Positions 23,979-33,469 of a DNA stretch of 64,000 bases are shown one piece after another. The position numbers and the translations under genes were made by a program. A model generated the notes under the pieces. It saw only the letters and a list, made by a program, of their open reading frames with translations, was not told the origin of the DNA and did no database searches. Within the stretch, counting starts at the first letter, position 1. The number at the start of each line of letters is the position of its first letter. The stretch is from Alphaproteobacteria bacterium. Lineage in GTDB: Bacteria > Pseudomonadota > Alphaproteobacteria > SHVV01. Location: positions 4,800,001 to 4,864,000 of the forward strand of contig OZ253470.1 in the NCBI GenBank assembly GCA_965261735.1. The letters are read 5' to 3'.

Positions 23979-24335
23979 CTAATTGGTGCTGTGGCGGGCC
24001 ACGTAGGTGCCGCCCACGGCGGCGCTGAAAAAGCGCTGGAGATCGGGATAGCGTATCGGCTCGCCGCTGTCGTCCGAGTCGAGGTTGCGCTCGGCCACGT
24101 AGGTCCAGTGCGCCGCGTCGTGGACCAGCACGTGGTCCCACGGTCGATCCTTCGGCGGCCGGCTGCGGGCCATGCGCTCGTACCACTCGTCGGAGCCGCT
24201 GAACACCGAGTCGACGTCGACGACGACGCCGCGATAGCCGAATAGGCGGTGGCAAACGACCTGGCCGACGCCGAACTTGGCCTCGCCGCCGAGCGCTCCG
24301 CCATCACCACCGCCCGGTGTTTCCGTGCCTCCCAT
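23979..24335 (-). CDS. hspQ: HspQ/YccV-like protein
   Basis: AKFGVGQVVCHRLFGYRGVVVDVD, PPKDRPW, TYVAERNL. Confidence 0.9.
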   Translation of the reverse strand: MGGTETPGGGDGGALGGEAKFGVGQVVCHRLFGYRGVVVDVDSVFSGSDEWYERMARSRPPKDRPWDHVLVHDAAHWTYVAERNLDSDDSGEPIRYPDLQRFFSAAVGGTYVARHSTN

Positions 24336-24336
24336 C

Positions 24337-25161
24337 CTACGCTCCGGCGCCGTCGAGAAAGTCGATAACCGTGCGGTTGAACAGGTCGGGAACCTCCAGG
24401 TACGAGACGTGCCCGGCGTCGGGGATCGCGACAAGTTCGGCGCTCGCTATCTTCTCGCGGGCCCTGACGCCTATCGCCAGCGGGACCGCCGCGTCCTCCT
24501 CGCCCCAGATCAGGAGCAGCGGCTTGGAGGCGGCGAGATCGGCCAGGCGGTCGCCGATATTGTCCTCATCAATCCGCTCGGCGATGTAGTCGCCGAGGCT
24601 GTCGAACGCGGCGACCGCACCGGGCGAGTTGTTGATGCGGAACTCTTCGTCGATCAGCGCCTCGGTGATCAGCGCTTTCTTGGCGAAGACGAGCTGCAGC
24701 TTGCCCGCGATCCCCTCGCGGGTCGTGTTCTTCACGTTGTCGCGGACAATGGCGCTGGCCTCGGGGCCGATCGGGATGATGCCGACGCTGCCGACGAGCG
24801 CGACGGCACTCACGCGGTCGGGGTGGTCGCACGCGAACATGCCGCAAACGTGGCCGCCGAGCGAGGTGCCAACGACCGCCGCGCGGGCGAGGCCGGCCGC
24901 ATCGGCGAAGTCCTTGACGAAACCCGCGAACGCGGGCACGCCGTACGCATAGTCCGTGTTCTTGTCGGCGAATCCGTGACCGGGGAGGTCGATCGCGTAG
25001 CAGTGATAGCCGGCCGCCGCGATCGCTTCCAGGTTGGCGATCCAGCGGTCGGCGCGCGCGCCCAGGCCGTGGACGAAGATGACTGCCCGGTCGCCGCTCC
25101 CGGCCTCGATGACGCGCGTCAGCGCTTCGCCGGCGGCAAAGGGATAGCTGATGATGGCCAT
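24337..25161 (-). CDS. Alpha/beta hydrolase
   Basis: VHGLG, DLPGHG, nucleophile GTSLGG, WGEED, AGH. Confidence 0.9.
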   Translation of the reverse strand: MAIISYPFAAGEALTRVIEAGSGDRAVIFVHGLGARADRWIANLEAIAAAGYHCYAIDLPGHGFADKNTDYAYGVPAFAGFVKDFADAAGLARAAVVGTSLGGHVCGMFACDHPDRVSAVALVGSVGIIPIGPEASAIVRDNVKNTTREGIAGKLQLVFAKKALITEALIDEEFRINNSPGAVAAFDSLGDYIAERIDEDNIGDRLADLAASKPLLLIWGEEDAAVPLAIGVRAREKIASAELVAIPDAGHVSYLEVPDLFNRTVIDFLDGAGA

Positions 25162-25214
25162 GGTCTCTCCTCGTCTCGGTGGGCGATCACGTTGCGCGGA
25201 CCCCGATACGGAGG

Positions 25215-25300
25215 CTAACCGCCGAGGTAGGACCGCTGGACCTCGTCATTGTCGAGGAAGGTCCCGGCCCGGGCCTTCGAAGGCGATCTCGCCGGTCGAG
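25215..25300 (-). pseudogene. C-terminal stub of a LivF-type branched-chain ABC ATPase
   Basis: STGEIAFEGPGRDL / LDNDEVQRSYLGG* with an internal 1-nt shift. Confidence 0.65.
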
Positions 25301-25315
25301 AACCTCGCCGTCGTA

Positions 25316-26497
25316 CTACGAAAACTTACGCGGCCCAGGATCGCGCAGGATCTGCATGGTGCCGCAGTGCATGCCGCCGCCGAACCGGTTGTACTCGTCG
25401 TACTCGATCGGTATCACCTCGACGCCGGCGGCCCGCACGCGCTTGATCGTCTCCTTGGCCCCGGCGTGCATGATCACCAGGCCGGGCTCGATCGTGACCG
25501 CGTTGCACGCGCACGCCTCGACCTGTTCCTCCACCGGTGCCTCGATGATCTTGTAGCCGTTGCCCCACAGGAACCTGTTGGTATCGACGTCGAGCGCTGC
25601 CGGGTAGCAGATCACCTTGTCGACGTCGACCGGCGAGATGATCATGTCGGTGTGTGCGGAGATACCCGAGCCGTGGTCGAAATAGCCCATGCCCGGCGTG
25701 TAGATGCGCTGAATGTGGACGTCTTCGCCGCACGCCCTCTTGAGCACGGGAAGGAACTGCTCCATGCCGGCCTCGTTGGTCTCGACGCTGATGGCGTGGA
25801 CGTAGACGTCGTCGGCCAGGAACAGGCCCTGTACCCACACGGCCTTGCCGACGACGGTGAGCAAAGGCGCGATGCCGAGGTTCCAGAAGGCCCAGCGCGC
25901 GAGGTGCTCGGTCCGGCCGAAGCCCGACAGGGGCGCGAGCGCGTAGCCCTTCTTGGGGATGATCGAGCCCCCCGGCAGGATGGTCAGCTCGCCCGCTGAG
26001 TGCTGATTGGTCATCGGACCGAAGGCCGCCATCGGCCTTTCCGGATACTCGATCCAATAGATCTTGACGCCGCACGAGGTCAGTGCCTCCGCGTACATCA
26101 GCTGCTGCTCGCGCAGCTTGCCGATATCCATCTTGCGCTCTTCGAGCATGCCGTCGCGGACGATGTAGTCGGGGTCTTCCTTCATGTACGGGTGTTCGGC
26201 GTAGTTGTCGTCGTCGGAGACACGCACGAGGCCGACCTCGCGCAGCTTGCCGATCCCGGCCGAGCCGCATTTGCGGCCGAAGACCTCGTCGTAATAATTG
26301 AGGTAGTCATAATCGTGCCAGTCGAAGGGGTTCTGCTCGAGGCTCTTGCCCTTGCCCTTGTAGAAGGGGACGTCGTTGAGGGTCCAGTTGCGCCGGCGCT
26401 GGCGCTCCTGGTGCGCGTCGTACTCGGTCAGCGCGAACTCCTGACTCCGGCGCCCTTCGGGCAGCTGGGTCCCCTCCTTGCCGCTGATCTGGGTCAT
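25316..26497 (-). CDS. Pentein (amidinotransferase/arginine deiminase fold) protein, paralog 1
   Basis: GKLREVGL, AHTDM, CNAVTIEPG, GGGMHCGT..LRD. Confidence 0.82.
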   Translation of the reverse strand: MTQISGKEGTQLPEGRRSQEFALTEYDAHQERQRRRNWTLNDVPFYKGKGKSLEQNPFDWHDYDYLNYYDEVFGRKCGSAGIGKLREVGLVRVSDDDNYAEHPYMKEDPDYIVRDGMLEERKMDIGKLREQQLMYAEALTSCGVKIYWIEYPERPMAAFGPMTNQHSAGELTILPGGSIIPKKGYALAPLSGFGRTEHLARWAFWNLGIAPLLTVVGKAVWVQGLFLADDVYVHAISVETNEAGMEQFLPVLKRACGEDVHIQRIYTPGMGYFDHGSGISAHTDMIISPVDVDKVICYPAALDVDTNRFLWGNGYKIIEAPVEEQVEACACNAVTIEPGLVIMHAGAKETIKRVRAAGVEVIPIEYDEYNRFGGGMHCGTMQILRDPGPRKFS

Positions 26498-26534
26498 CTC
26501 AAAGGCCTTTCCCTGCTCTTCGGTGGGCGTCTTA

Positions 26535-27716
26535 TCAGCTGAACTTGCGCGGCCCGGGATCGCGCAATATCTGCATCGAGGCGCAATGTAGGCCGGCGCC
26601 GAACAGGTTGTACTCGTCGTAGTCGACAGCGATCACCTCGACGCCTGCCTGGCGCACCTTGTCGATCGTCTTGCGCGCGCCGGCGTGCATGATGACGCGC
26701 CCCGGCTCGAGCGGAATGAGGTTGCAGGCAAGGGCCCCCGACTGCTCCTCGGGCTCGGCCTCGATGACCTGGTAGCCGTTGTTCCACAGCCACCTGTTGG
26801 TATCGACGTCGATGCCGGGCGCGTGGACCAGCACCTTGTGCAGGTCGAGGGGGGCGATCACCATGTCGGTGTGGGCGCTGATCCCGGTGGCGCGGTCGAA
26901 ATAGTCGTGACCCGGCGTGTAGATGCGCTGGATGTGCAGGTCCTCGCCGACGACGCGGCGCATCACCGGCTCGACCTGGCTCATGCCCTCTTCGTTGGTT
27001 TCCACCGCCATGGTCTGGCAGTAGACGTCGTCAGCGAGAAACACCCCGGTCACCCACATGCCCGTCCCGACGACCGTAATCAGCGGCGGGATGCCGAGGT
27101 TCCAGAACGCCCATCGCGCCAAATACTCGGTCCGTCCGAAGCCCGAAGTCGGCGCCAGCGCATAGCCTTTCTTGGCGATGATCGAGCCGCCCGGCAACAC
27201 CGTAAGCTCGGCGGCTGACATCTGGTTGGTCATCGGCCCGAAGGCCGCCATTGGGCGCTCCGGGTACTTGATCCAGTAGACCTTGACCCCCTGTTCCTGG
27301 AGGACATCGGCATAGCGCGCTTGTTGGTCGCGCATTTTGGGGATGTCCATCTTCTTCTCGGCCAGGAAGCCGTCGCGGTCCATGTAGCCGGGGTCTTCCT
27401 TGACGTAGGGGTGCTCGGCGTAGTTGTCGTCCTCGCTGACCTCGAGGAGGCCGACCTCGCGCAGCTTGCCGATCCCGGCCGAGCCGCATTTGCGGCCGAA
27501 GACCTCGTCGTAATAGTTGAGGTAGTCGTAATCGTGCCAGTCGAAGGGGTTCTGCTCGAGGCTCTTGCCCTTGCCCTTGTAAAAGGGGACGTCGTTAAGG
27601 GTCCAGTTGCGCCGGCGTTGACGCTCCTGGTGCGCGTCGTACTCGGTGAGCGCGAACTCCTGGCTCCGGCGCCCTACCGGCAGCGGGGTCCCCTCTTTGC
27701 CGCTAATCTGTGTCAT
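26535..27716 (-). CDS. Pentein protein, paralog 2
   Basis: AHTDM, CNLIPLEPG, GAGLHCAS..LRD; 393 aa, same length as paralog 1. Confidence 0.82.
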   Translation of the reverse strand: MTQISGKEGTPLPVGRRSQEFALTEYDAHQERQRRRNWTLNDVPFYKGKGKSLEQNPFDWHDYDYLNYYDEVFGRKCGSAGIGKLREVGLLEVSEDDNYAEHPYVKEDPGYMDRDGFLAEKKMDIPKMRDQQARYADVLQEQGVKVYWIKYPERPMAAFGPMTNQMSAAELTVLPGGSIIAKKGYALAPTSGFGRTEYLARWAFWNLGIPPLITVVGTGMWVTGVFLADDVYCQTMAVETNEEGMSQVEPVMRRVVGEDLHIQRIYTPGHDYFDRATGISAHTDMVIAPLDLHKVLVHAPGIDVDTNRWLWNNGYQVIEAEPEEQSGALACNLIPLEPGRVIMHAGARKTIDKVRQAGVEVIAVDYDEYNLFGAGLHCASMQILRDPGPRKFS

Positions 27717-27826
27717 GTCTTTCCCTGTCAGGCGATAGATGGATCGCTGGAGTTGCGGCCGGCGACCGCGCTGCGCTGCCGCCCGCGCCGGTACCCGACC
27801 CCTGTCCTTAGGCTGCCAGAGCCGAT

Positions 27827-29005
27827 CTACGAGAACTTGCGCGGCCCTGGATCCCTGAGGATCAGCATGGTCGCGCAAGTAATGGCCGCCCCGTATTTGT
27901 TGTACTCGTCGTAATCAATGGAGACCACCTCGACGCCGGCCTTGCGCACCGCCGCGATCGTCTTTTCGGCGCGCGCGTGCATCATCACATGGCCTGGTTC
28001 GAGGTTGACGATGGCCGCGGCCGAATGCTGGATCTGCTCGTTTAGGTCGGCCTCGATCACCGTATAGCCGTTCTTGCGCAGCCAGACGTGGGTGTTGATG
28101 TCGACGCCCGCTGTGTGCACGAGCACCTTGTCCACGTCGAGCCCGCTGATGACCATGCCGCCGTGGGTGTTGGCGCCGGTGTACTTGTCAAAGTACTTCC
28201 ACCCGGGCGTCCTTATCGGCTGGATGTGGATGTCTTCGCCGCACACGTGCCTGAGCACCGGCGTGACCTGATTGAGGCCATCCCAATTCGTCTCGACTCC
28301 CATGCCCTGCATGTAGACGTCATCGGCGAGGAAGGTACCGGTGACCCATACGCCCTTGCCGGTGACGGTCAACAGGGGCGGGATGCCGAGGTTCCAGAAC
28401 GCCCAGCGCGCCAAGTATTCCGCTCGCCCGAGCCCCGCGGTCGGCGCCAGGGCGTAGCCTTTTTTGGGGATGATCGAGCCGCCCGGCCAGATTGCGAGTT
28501 CGGCCGCCGAATGCATGTTCATCATCGGCCCGAAGGCCGCCATGGGCTTTTCCGGGTACTCGACCCAGTACACCTTGACGCCGGCCTTCTCGAACGCTTC
28601 GGCGAACGCCTCGGCCTCGTCGTTGAGCCTGCTGACATCCACCTTGTCGCTCAGGAGGAAGAAGCCGTCTCGGTTCATGTACTCCTTGTCTTCGTGAAAG
28701 TAGGGGTGATTGGAGTACTCGTCGTCGGGGGTCGGGCGGACGATGCCGACTTCGCGCAGCTTGCCGATCCCGGCCGACCCGCACTTGCGGCCGTAGATCT
28801 TGTCGTAGGCCTCCATGTAGTCGTAGTTGGCCCAATCGAAGGGATCGTGTTCCTGGCCCTTGCCCTTGTAGAAGGGCACATCCTTGAGCTTCCAGTCGTG
28901 CTGGCGCAGCTTTTCCTGATGGAGGTCGTATTCGGTGACCGCGAAGCTCTGGCTCCGCCTCTTTTCCGGCAGAGGCTCGTTCTCGTCGCCCTTGATCTCT
29001 GCCAT
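27827..29005 (-). CDS. Pentein protein, paralog 3 (lacks the His-x-Asp aspartate)
   Basis: THGGM, GAAITCAT..LRD; GGAGG RBS 6 nt before ATG 29005. Confidence 0.8.
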   Translation of the reverse strand: MAEIKGDENEPLPEKRRSQSFAVTEYDLHQEKLRQHDWKLKDVPFYKGKGQEHDPFDWANYDYMEAYDKIYGRKCGSAGIGKLREVGIVRPTPDDEYSNHPYFHEDKEYMNRDGFFLLSDKVDVSRLNDEAEAFAEAFEKAGVKVYWVEYPEKPMAAFGPMMNMHSAAELAIWPGGSIIPKKGYALAPTAGLGRAEYLARWAFWNLGIPPLLTVTGKGVWVTGTFLADDVYMQGMGVETNWDGLNQVTPVLRHVCGEDIHIQPIRTPGWKYFDKYTGANTHGGMVISGLDVDKVLVHTAGVDINTHVWLRKNGYTVIEADLNEQIQHSAAAIVNLEPGHVMMHARAEKTIAAVRKAGVEVVSIDYDEYNKYGAAITCATMLILRDPGPRKFS

Positions 29006-29235
29006 CTTCATCCTCCCTAGGTACCACGATATTTGTTGGGCGAGATTATGGTACGCCCAGCCGCGGCGAGGCAACCGGAAACGGGCGGCGTCCGCGCACG
29101 CCGGGCGGCCGTGCCCCCGGCGCGCGGGGCACCATATTGAAATCGCTGGATTTCAGGTATGATGGGGATGTCGTGGGGTCCTCGGCGCAAAGGCTTGGTT
29201 CGCGTTCGGGGCGAAGCGGTTGAGGAGAAGCGGCA

Positions 29236-30250
29236 GTGAGCGAAACCCAGATTCACGACCTGACCGGCCCGCAAAAAGGCGGCGACCCTGATGCTCGCCC
29301 TGAGCGAGCAACAGTCGGCGGTGATGTTCGCCAAGATGGATGACGACGACATCCGCGAACTCTCCCAGGCGATGGCCAATCTCGGCGTGATGAACGCCTC
29401 TGCGGTCGAGCAGGTCTTCATCGAGTTCGCCAGCCAGATTGGCACGGGCGCGCTGCGCGGCAGCTTTGAGACGACCGAGCGGGCGCTGCTTGCCGGGGGA
29501 CTCGATGCCGAGCGCGTCGAGTACCTCATGGAGGAGATGCGCGGCCCGGCCGGGCGAACGCTTTGGGACAAGCTCGGCAATGTGAACGAGGAGACGCTCG
29601 CTACCTATCTCAAGAACGAATACCCGCAGACGGTCGCGGTGGTACTGTCGAAATTGCTGCCGGACAACGCTGCGCGGGTGCTGGGTGCGCTGCCCGAGGA
29701 CCTGGCGATGGAAGTCGTCACGCGCATGCTGGGCATGGAGCCGGTGCGTAAGGAGGTTCTGGAGAGCGTCGAGCAAACCTTGCGCAAGGAGTTCATGAGC
29801 AACCTGGCGCGTACCACTCAGCGTGACAGTCACGAGATGATGGCCGACATCTTCAACAACTTCGACCGTGCCACGGAGGGCCGTTTCATGGCGGCGCTCG
29901 ATGAGCGCGATCGCGACGGCGCCGAGCGCATCAAGGCGATGATGTTCACCTTCGAGGATTTGGTGAAGCTCGACCCAAACGGCGTGCAGGCTCTCTTGCG
30001 CGGCGTCGAAAAGACCAAGCTCGCGTTGGCCATAAAGGGCGCGTCAGAGACGCTGAGGGACCTGTTCTTCAGCAACATGTCCGAGCGCGCCGGCAAGATC
30101 CTGCGCGAGGACATGGACTCGATGGGGCCGGTACGGGTGAGCGACGTGGACGAGGCGCAGACCGCGATGGTGGCGGTCGCCAAGGAACTTGCCGACCGCG
30201 GCGAGATCATTCTCGCCGACTCCAAGGGCGCCGACGAGCTCATCTACTGA
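29236..30250 (+). pseudogene. fliG: Flagellar motor switch protein FliG with a +1 frameshift in the A5 run at 29273-29277; orphan
   Basis: GTG..LTGPQK / [40 protein letters not shown]. Confidence 0.8.
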
Positions 30251-30325
30251 CGTTGCGACGCGAGCGTGGCGTAGGGGGGCTGGACGGGCTGTCCGCCCCA
30301 CGCGTCTAGGATTGGCTCGGCGGGA

Positions 30326-30637
30326 TCACTCTATCGTGGGCGCGGCGTCCACGAGCACCGCACCCTCGGTGTTCGCACCGGCGAGGTTGGTCCGGTACAA
30401 ATCGGCATCCGTGAGATCGGCACCGCTCAGGTTGGTGGGCCACATCTGCCCGGTCTTTTTGCCGTCCGCATCTTTGAGTTCAACGGGTCCGAGATCGGCG
30501 TGGGCCAGCTTCGCGCCCTGTAAGTTGGCGTTGTTCAGGTTGACGCCCTTAAGGTCGGAATAGCTGAGATCGGCACCGGCCAGGTTTGAGTCATGAAGAT
30601 CGCACAGGACGAACCAGCCCGACGACAGGTTGGTACC
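30326..30637 (-). pseudogene. Pentapeptide repeat protein, C-terminal remnant
   Basis: Repeated A(D/N)Lxx units (SNLAGADLSYSDLKGVNLNNANLQGAKL); 5' part replaced by IS30 sequence. Confidence 0.8.
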
Positions 30638-31346
30638 GGTCGGATCTCGGCACCGGATGGAACGGTGATCGAGGGGCCACGCGTCGTCTGGAACGGTCGT
30701 CGGCATGGGCCGCGGCAGCGCAGGCGATGGGCCAGGGCCTGGAGTCCTGAGCAGATCGCGCACCGTCTTCGGATCGACTATCCTGGGGACGGGCCCGAGG
30801 ATCAAGCGATGCGGATCAGTCATGAGGCGATCTATCAGGCGCTCTACGTACAGGGCCGCGGCGCACTCCGTCGTGAGCTGACCGCCTGCCTTCGCACGGG
30901 AAGGGCACTGCGCGTGCCTCGGGCACGTAGCCGCCGGCGGGGAAAATCCTTCGTCACGCCTGAGATCATGATCAGTGAACGATCGGCGGAAGCAGCTGAT
31001 CGGGCCGTACCCGGACACTGGGAAGGTGACCTGATCATCGGCTTGGGCAGATCGGCGATCGGCACTCTGGTGGAACGCACCACGCGGTTCACAATGCTGC
31101 TGCATCTTCCCCGAATGGAAGGCCACGGCACCGTCCCGCGCGTGAAGAACGGGCCTGCGCTTGCCGGTCATGGGGCTGAAGCGGTTCGCGATGCCATCGC
31201 CCGGACGATCACGACATTGCCAGCGCAGCCGCTCGCTGACCTGGGACCAGGGAGCAGAGATGGCCAAGCATGCGGATCTGCGGATCGCAACCGGCCTTCC
31301 CGTCTACTTCTGCGAACCGCACAGCCCTTGGCAACGCGGAACGAAC
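30638..31346 (+). mobile_element. IS30 family transposase internal remnant
   Basis: [42 protein letters not shown] (after a shift near 31225), SPWQRGTN; both ends missing. Confidence 0.88.
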
Positions 31347-32451
31347 CTTGCCTATCCGGTTAACGCCCATGACCGCTACATGTAGGGTGCCGCCACTCTC
31401 CCGAGTAAAGCTCGGCATAGGTTGGAGCAGAGGTGTCGCCCGCGATGCCGAGCAATGAGCGGAAGGCGTTGAACGGGTAGAACCGCCTGTTGAAGCGGAA
31501 GGTGAACTCGTTGAGGTAGGCTTGTAGGTGCTGGTGGCTAACGCCGTGATGGATACCGATCAGCCACGTCTTCAGGTTGGCGAAAACCAGATGGATGATC
31601 GGCAGGTATTGCTCGGCAACCTCTGGATCACCACACTCGGCAACAGCGAAGTGCTCATAGCCGCGCTTACCGAGGCCAGCATAGCCGCTCCAATCGTCAG
31701 TAACGATCAGCGATCGCGGCGCGACGGTGCTCTCGACGAACCCACAGAGCGACTCGGCGCTACGGTCGAGCACGACGGCGAGCCGAACGCGTCCGGCATA
31801 GCGTCCGTCTTTCCGGTTGTCGAGCTTGGTGCCCGGCTTTCGATGACGCACCTCGATGGCACAGGAGACGGGAACCTTGTGGTGAACACCACGGCCTTCC
31901 CCACGCGTTCGCCCGCCAACCCAGGTTTCGTCCACCTCAACATGGTTCTTGGGCTGTCCACCGATCCTGTCTTGGTTGGGCCGCACCATGCCCGAGCGGA
32001 GCTTGTGGAGAATTTGAAAGGCCGTCTCGTAGCGCGAAAGACCAAGTTGCCGCTGAAACTGCACGGCGGACATGCCGGGCGTCTGACTGGCGACCAGATA
32101 AGCGGCCCAGAACCAGACGTTCAGCGGAGTGTGGCTACGCTCCATCACTGTTCCCACCGTCAGCCCGGTGTTCTGGCGGCACTTGCGGCAGCGCAGGACG
32201 CCAGGGCGGTTTTCAAAGTGGAACGGCTCTCCCGCCGTGCCGCAGTGCGGGCAGGCAAAGCCGTCTCCCCAGCGGGCTTTCTCCAGGTAGGCGGCGCAGG
32301 CCGCATCATCGGGGAAAAGTCGCTGGAACTCGGGTAGCGAATGCGGGAATGGGAGATCGGCGCGGTCGAGAACATCCATGGCGCGTTCCCCTATATCCGG
32401 TTTGCGCCCATTCTAGCCCTAGTGGGTGTGGGTGTAACCCGGATAGGCAAG
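31347..32451 (-). mobile_element. IS1595 family (ISSod11-like group) element, copy 2, 1105 bp, inverted relative to copy 1
   Basis: Near-identical to 3131-4235, with matching IRs; flanks GAACGAAC / GCTTGAAC are not duplicated. Confidence 0.95.
31360..32379 (-). CDS. IS1595 transposase, intact, 339 aa
   Basis: Uninterrupted ORF with Zn ribbon, DD-H-K motif and EFTFRFNRR. Confidence 0.93.
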   Translation of the reverse strand: MDVLDRADLPFPHSLPEFQRLFPDDAACAAYLEKARWGDGFACPHCGTAGEPFHFENRPGVLRCRKCRQNTGLTVGTVMERSHTPLNVWFWAAYLVASQTPGMSAVQFQRQLGLSRYETAFQILHKLRSGMVRPNQDRIGGQPKNHVEVDETWVGGRTRGEGRGVHHKVPVSCAIEVRHRKPGTKLDNRKDGRYAGRVRLAVVLDRSAESLCGFVESTVAPRSLIVTDDWSGYAGLGKRGYEHFAVAECGDPEVAEQYLPIIHLVFANLKTWLIGIHHGVSHQHLQAYLNEFTFRFNRRFYPFNAFRSLLGIAGDTSAPTYAELYSGEWRHPTCSGHGR

Positions 32452-32560
32452 GCTTGAACCATCAACAACAAGCGGCTTAACATCAATCCAAGATGAGCCA
32501 GATCCTCCCTTATGAAACAGACTCAACAGTCCCAAATGTTTTGACGACGGACAGGCGCCC

Positions 32561-33469
32561 CTATGTCCTCGCCATCTTCTCGAGCTTGGTCGCGCGGATG
32601 ACGTTTTGATCGAGGGCCGCGTCGGATTTCGCATCCATCCCGAAAGCGACGGCCATGAGCTGGCTGTAGAACACGACCGGAATGTTATGGTCGGTCCCGT
32701 ACTCCTTGTTGACCGCGTCCTGATACATCTCGACGTTCTGCTGGCACAGCGGGCAGGGCGTCGCGATCACATCGGCCTCGGCCGCCTTCGCCGCATCGAG
32801 GATCTGCTTGATGAGGTGGAGCGTCTTGTCGGGATTGATCACCGAAATGGCGCCGCCGCAGCACGAGGTCTTGACGTCGAAGTCGACGGCCTCGGCGCCG
32901 ACGGCCTTGGTGAAGTCGTCGAGGAAGTCGGGGTCGTCGTAGGTGTCGTAGTTGCCACCGGCGTCGGTGTTGGCGAACGGCCTGACCGTTTGGCAGCCGA
33001 CGTAGCCAGCCACCTTGAGGCCGTCCAAGGGGTTGGTCACCCGCTCCTTGATGGTGTCGATGCCGACGTCGTTGACGATCACCTCGCAGGCGTGGCGCAC
33101 GTTGAGGTCCTCGTCGTAGGCGAGATCGCCCTCGGCCAGCGCCTCGTTGACGTTGCGCCTGAGCCTTACGTCCTCCTTGATCTTCTCGTTGACCGAATGG
33201 GTGTTGATGTAGCAGGCGGCGCAGCCCGTCAGCACGTCCTTCGGGCCCTGCTTTTGGGCGAGCGCCAGGTTGCGCCCCGATAGCACGGTGTTGGGCAGAT
33301 AGCCGCTCTCGACGTGGCCGACCGACGCGCCGCAGCAATTCCAGTCATCGAGCTCCTCGAGCTCGACGCCGATTTCGGGCGCGATCGCGCGCAGGGACTT
33401 GTCGAGGTGCGAGGCACTGCCCTGCGAGCTACAGCCGGGGTAGTAGGTGTATTTCTTGGGCTCGGTCAT
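32561..33469 (-). CDS. hdrB: Heterodisulfide reductase subunit B-like (two CCG domains)
   Basis: YYPGCS, WNCCGA, CAAC, YVGC, CCGG, CPLCQ. Confidence 0.92.
   Translation of the reverse strand: MTEPKKYTYYPGCSSQGSASHLDKSLRAIAPEIGVELEELDDWNCCGASVGHVESGYLPNTVLSGRNLALAQKQGPKDVLTGCAACYINTHSVNEKIKEDVRLRRNVNEALAEGDLAYDEDLNVRHACEVIVNDVGIDTIKERVTNPLDGLKVAGYVGCQTVRPFANTDAGGNYDTYDDPDFLDDFTKAVGAEAVDFDVKTSCCGGAISVINPDKTLHLIKQILDAAKAAEADVIATPCPLCQQNVEMYQDAVNKEYGTDHNIPVVFYSQLMAVAFGMDAKSDAALDQNVIRATKLEKMART

Noticed and set aside
30326-31267. 313-aa ORF as a novel pentapeptide fusion protein
   Set aside because: Its N-terminal two-thirds is the antisense strand of the IS30 remnant
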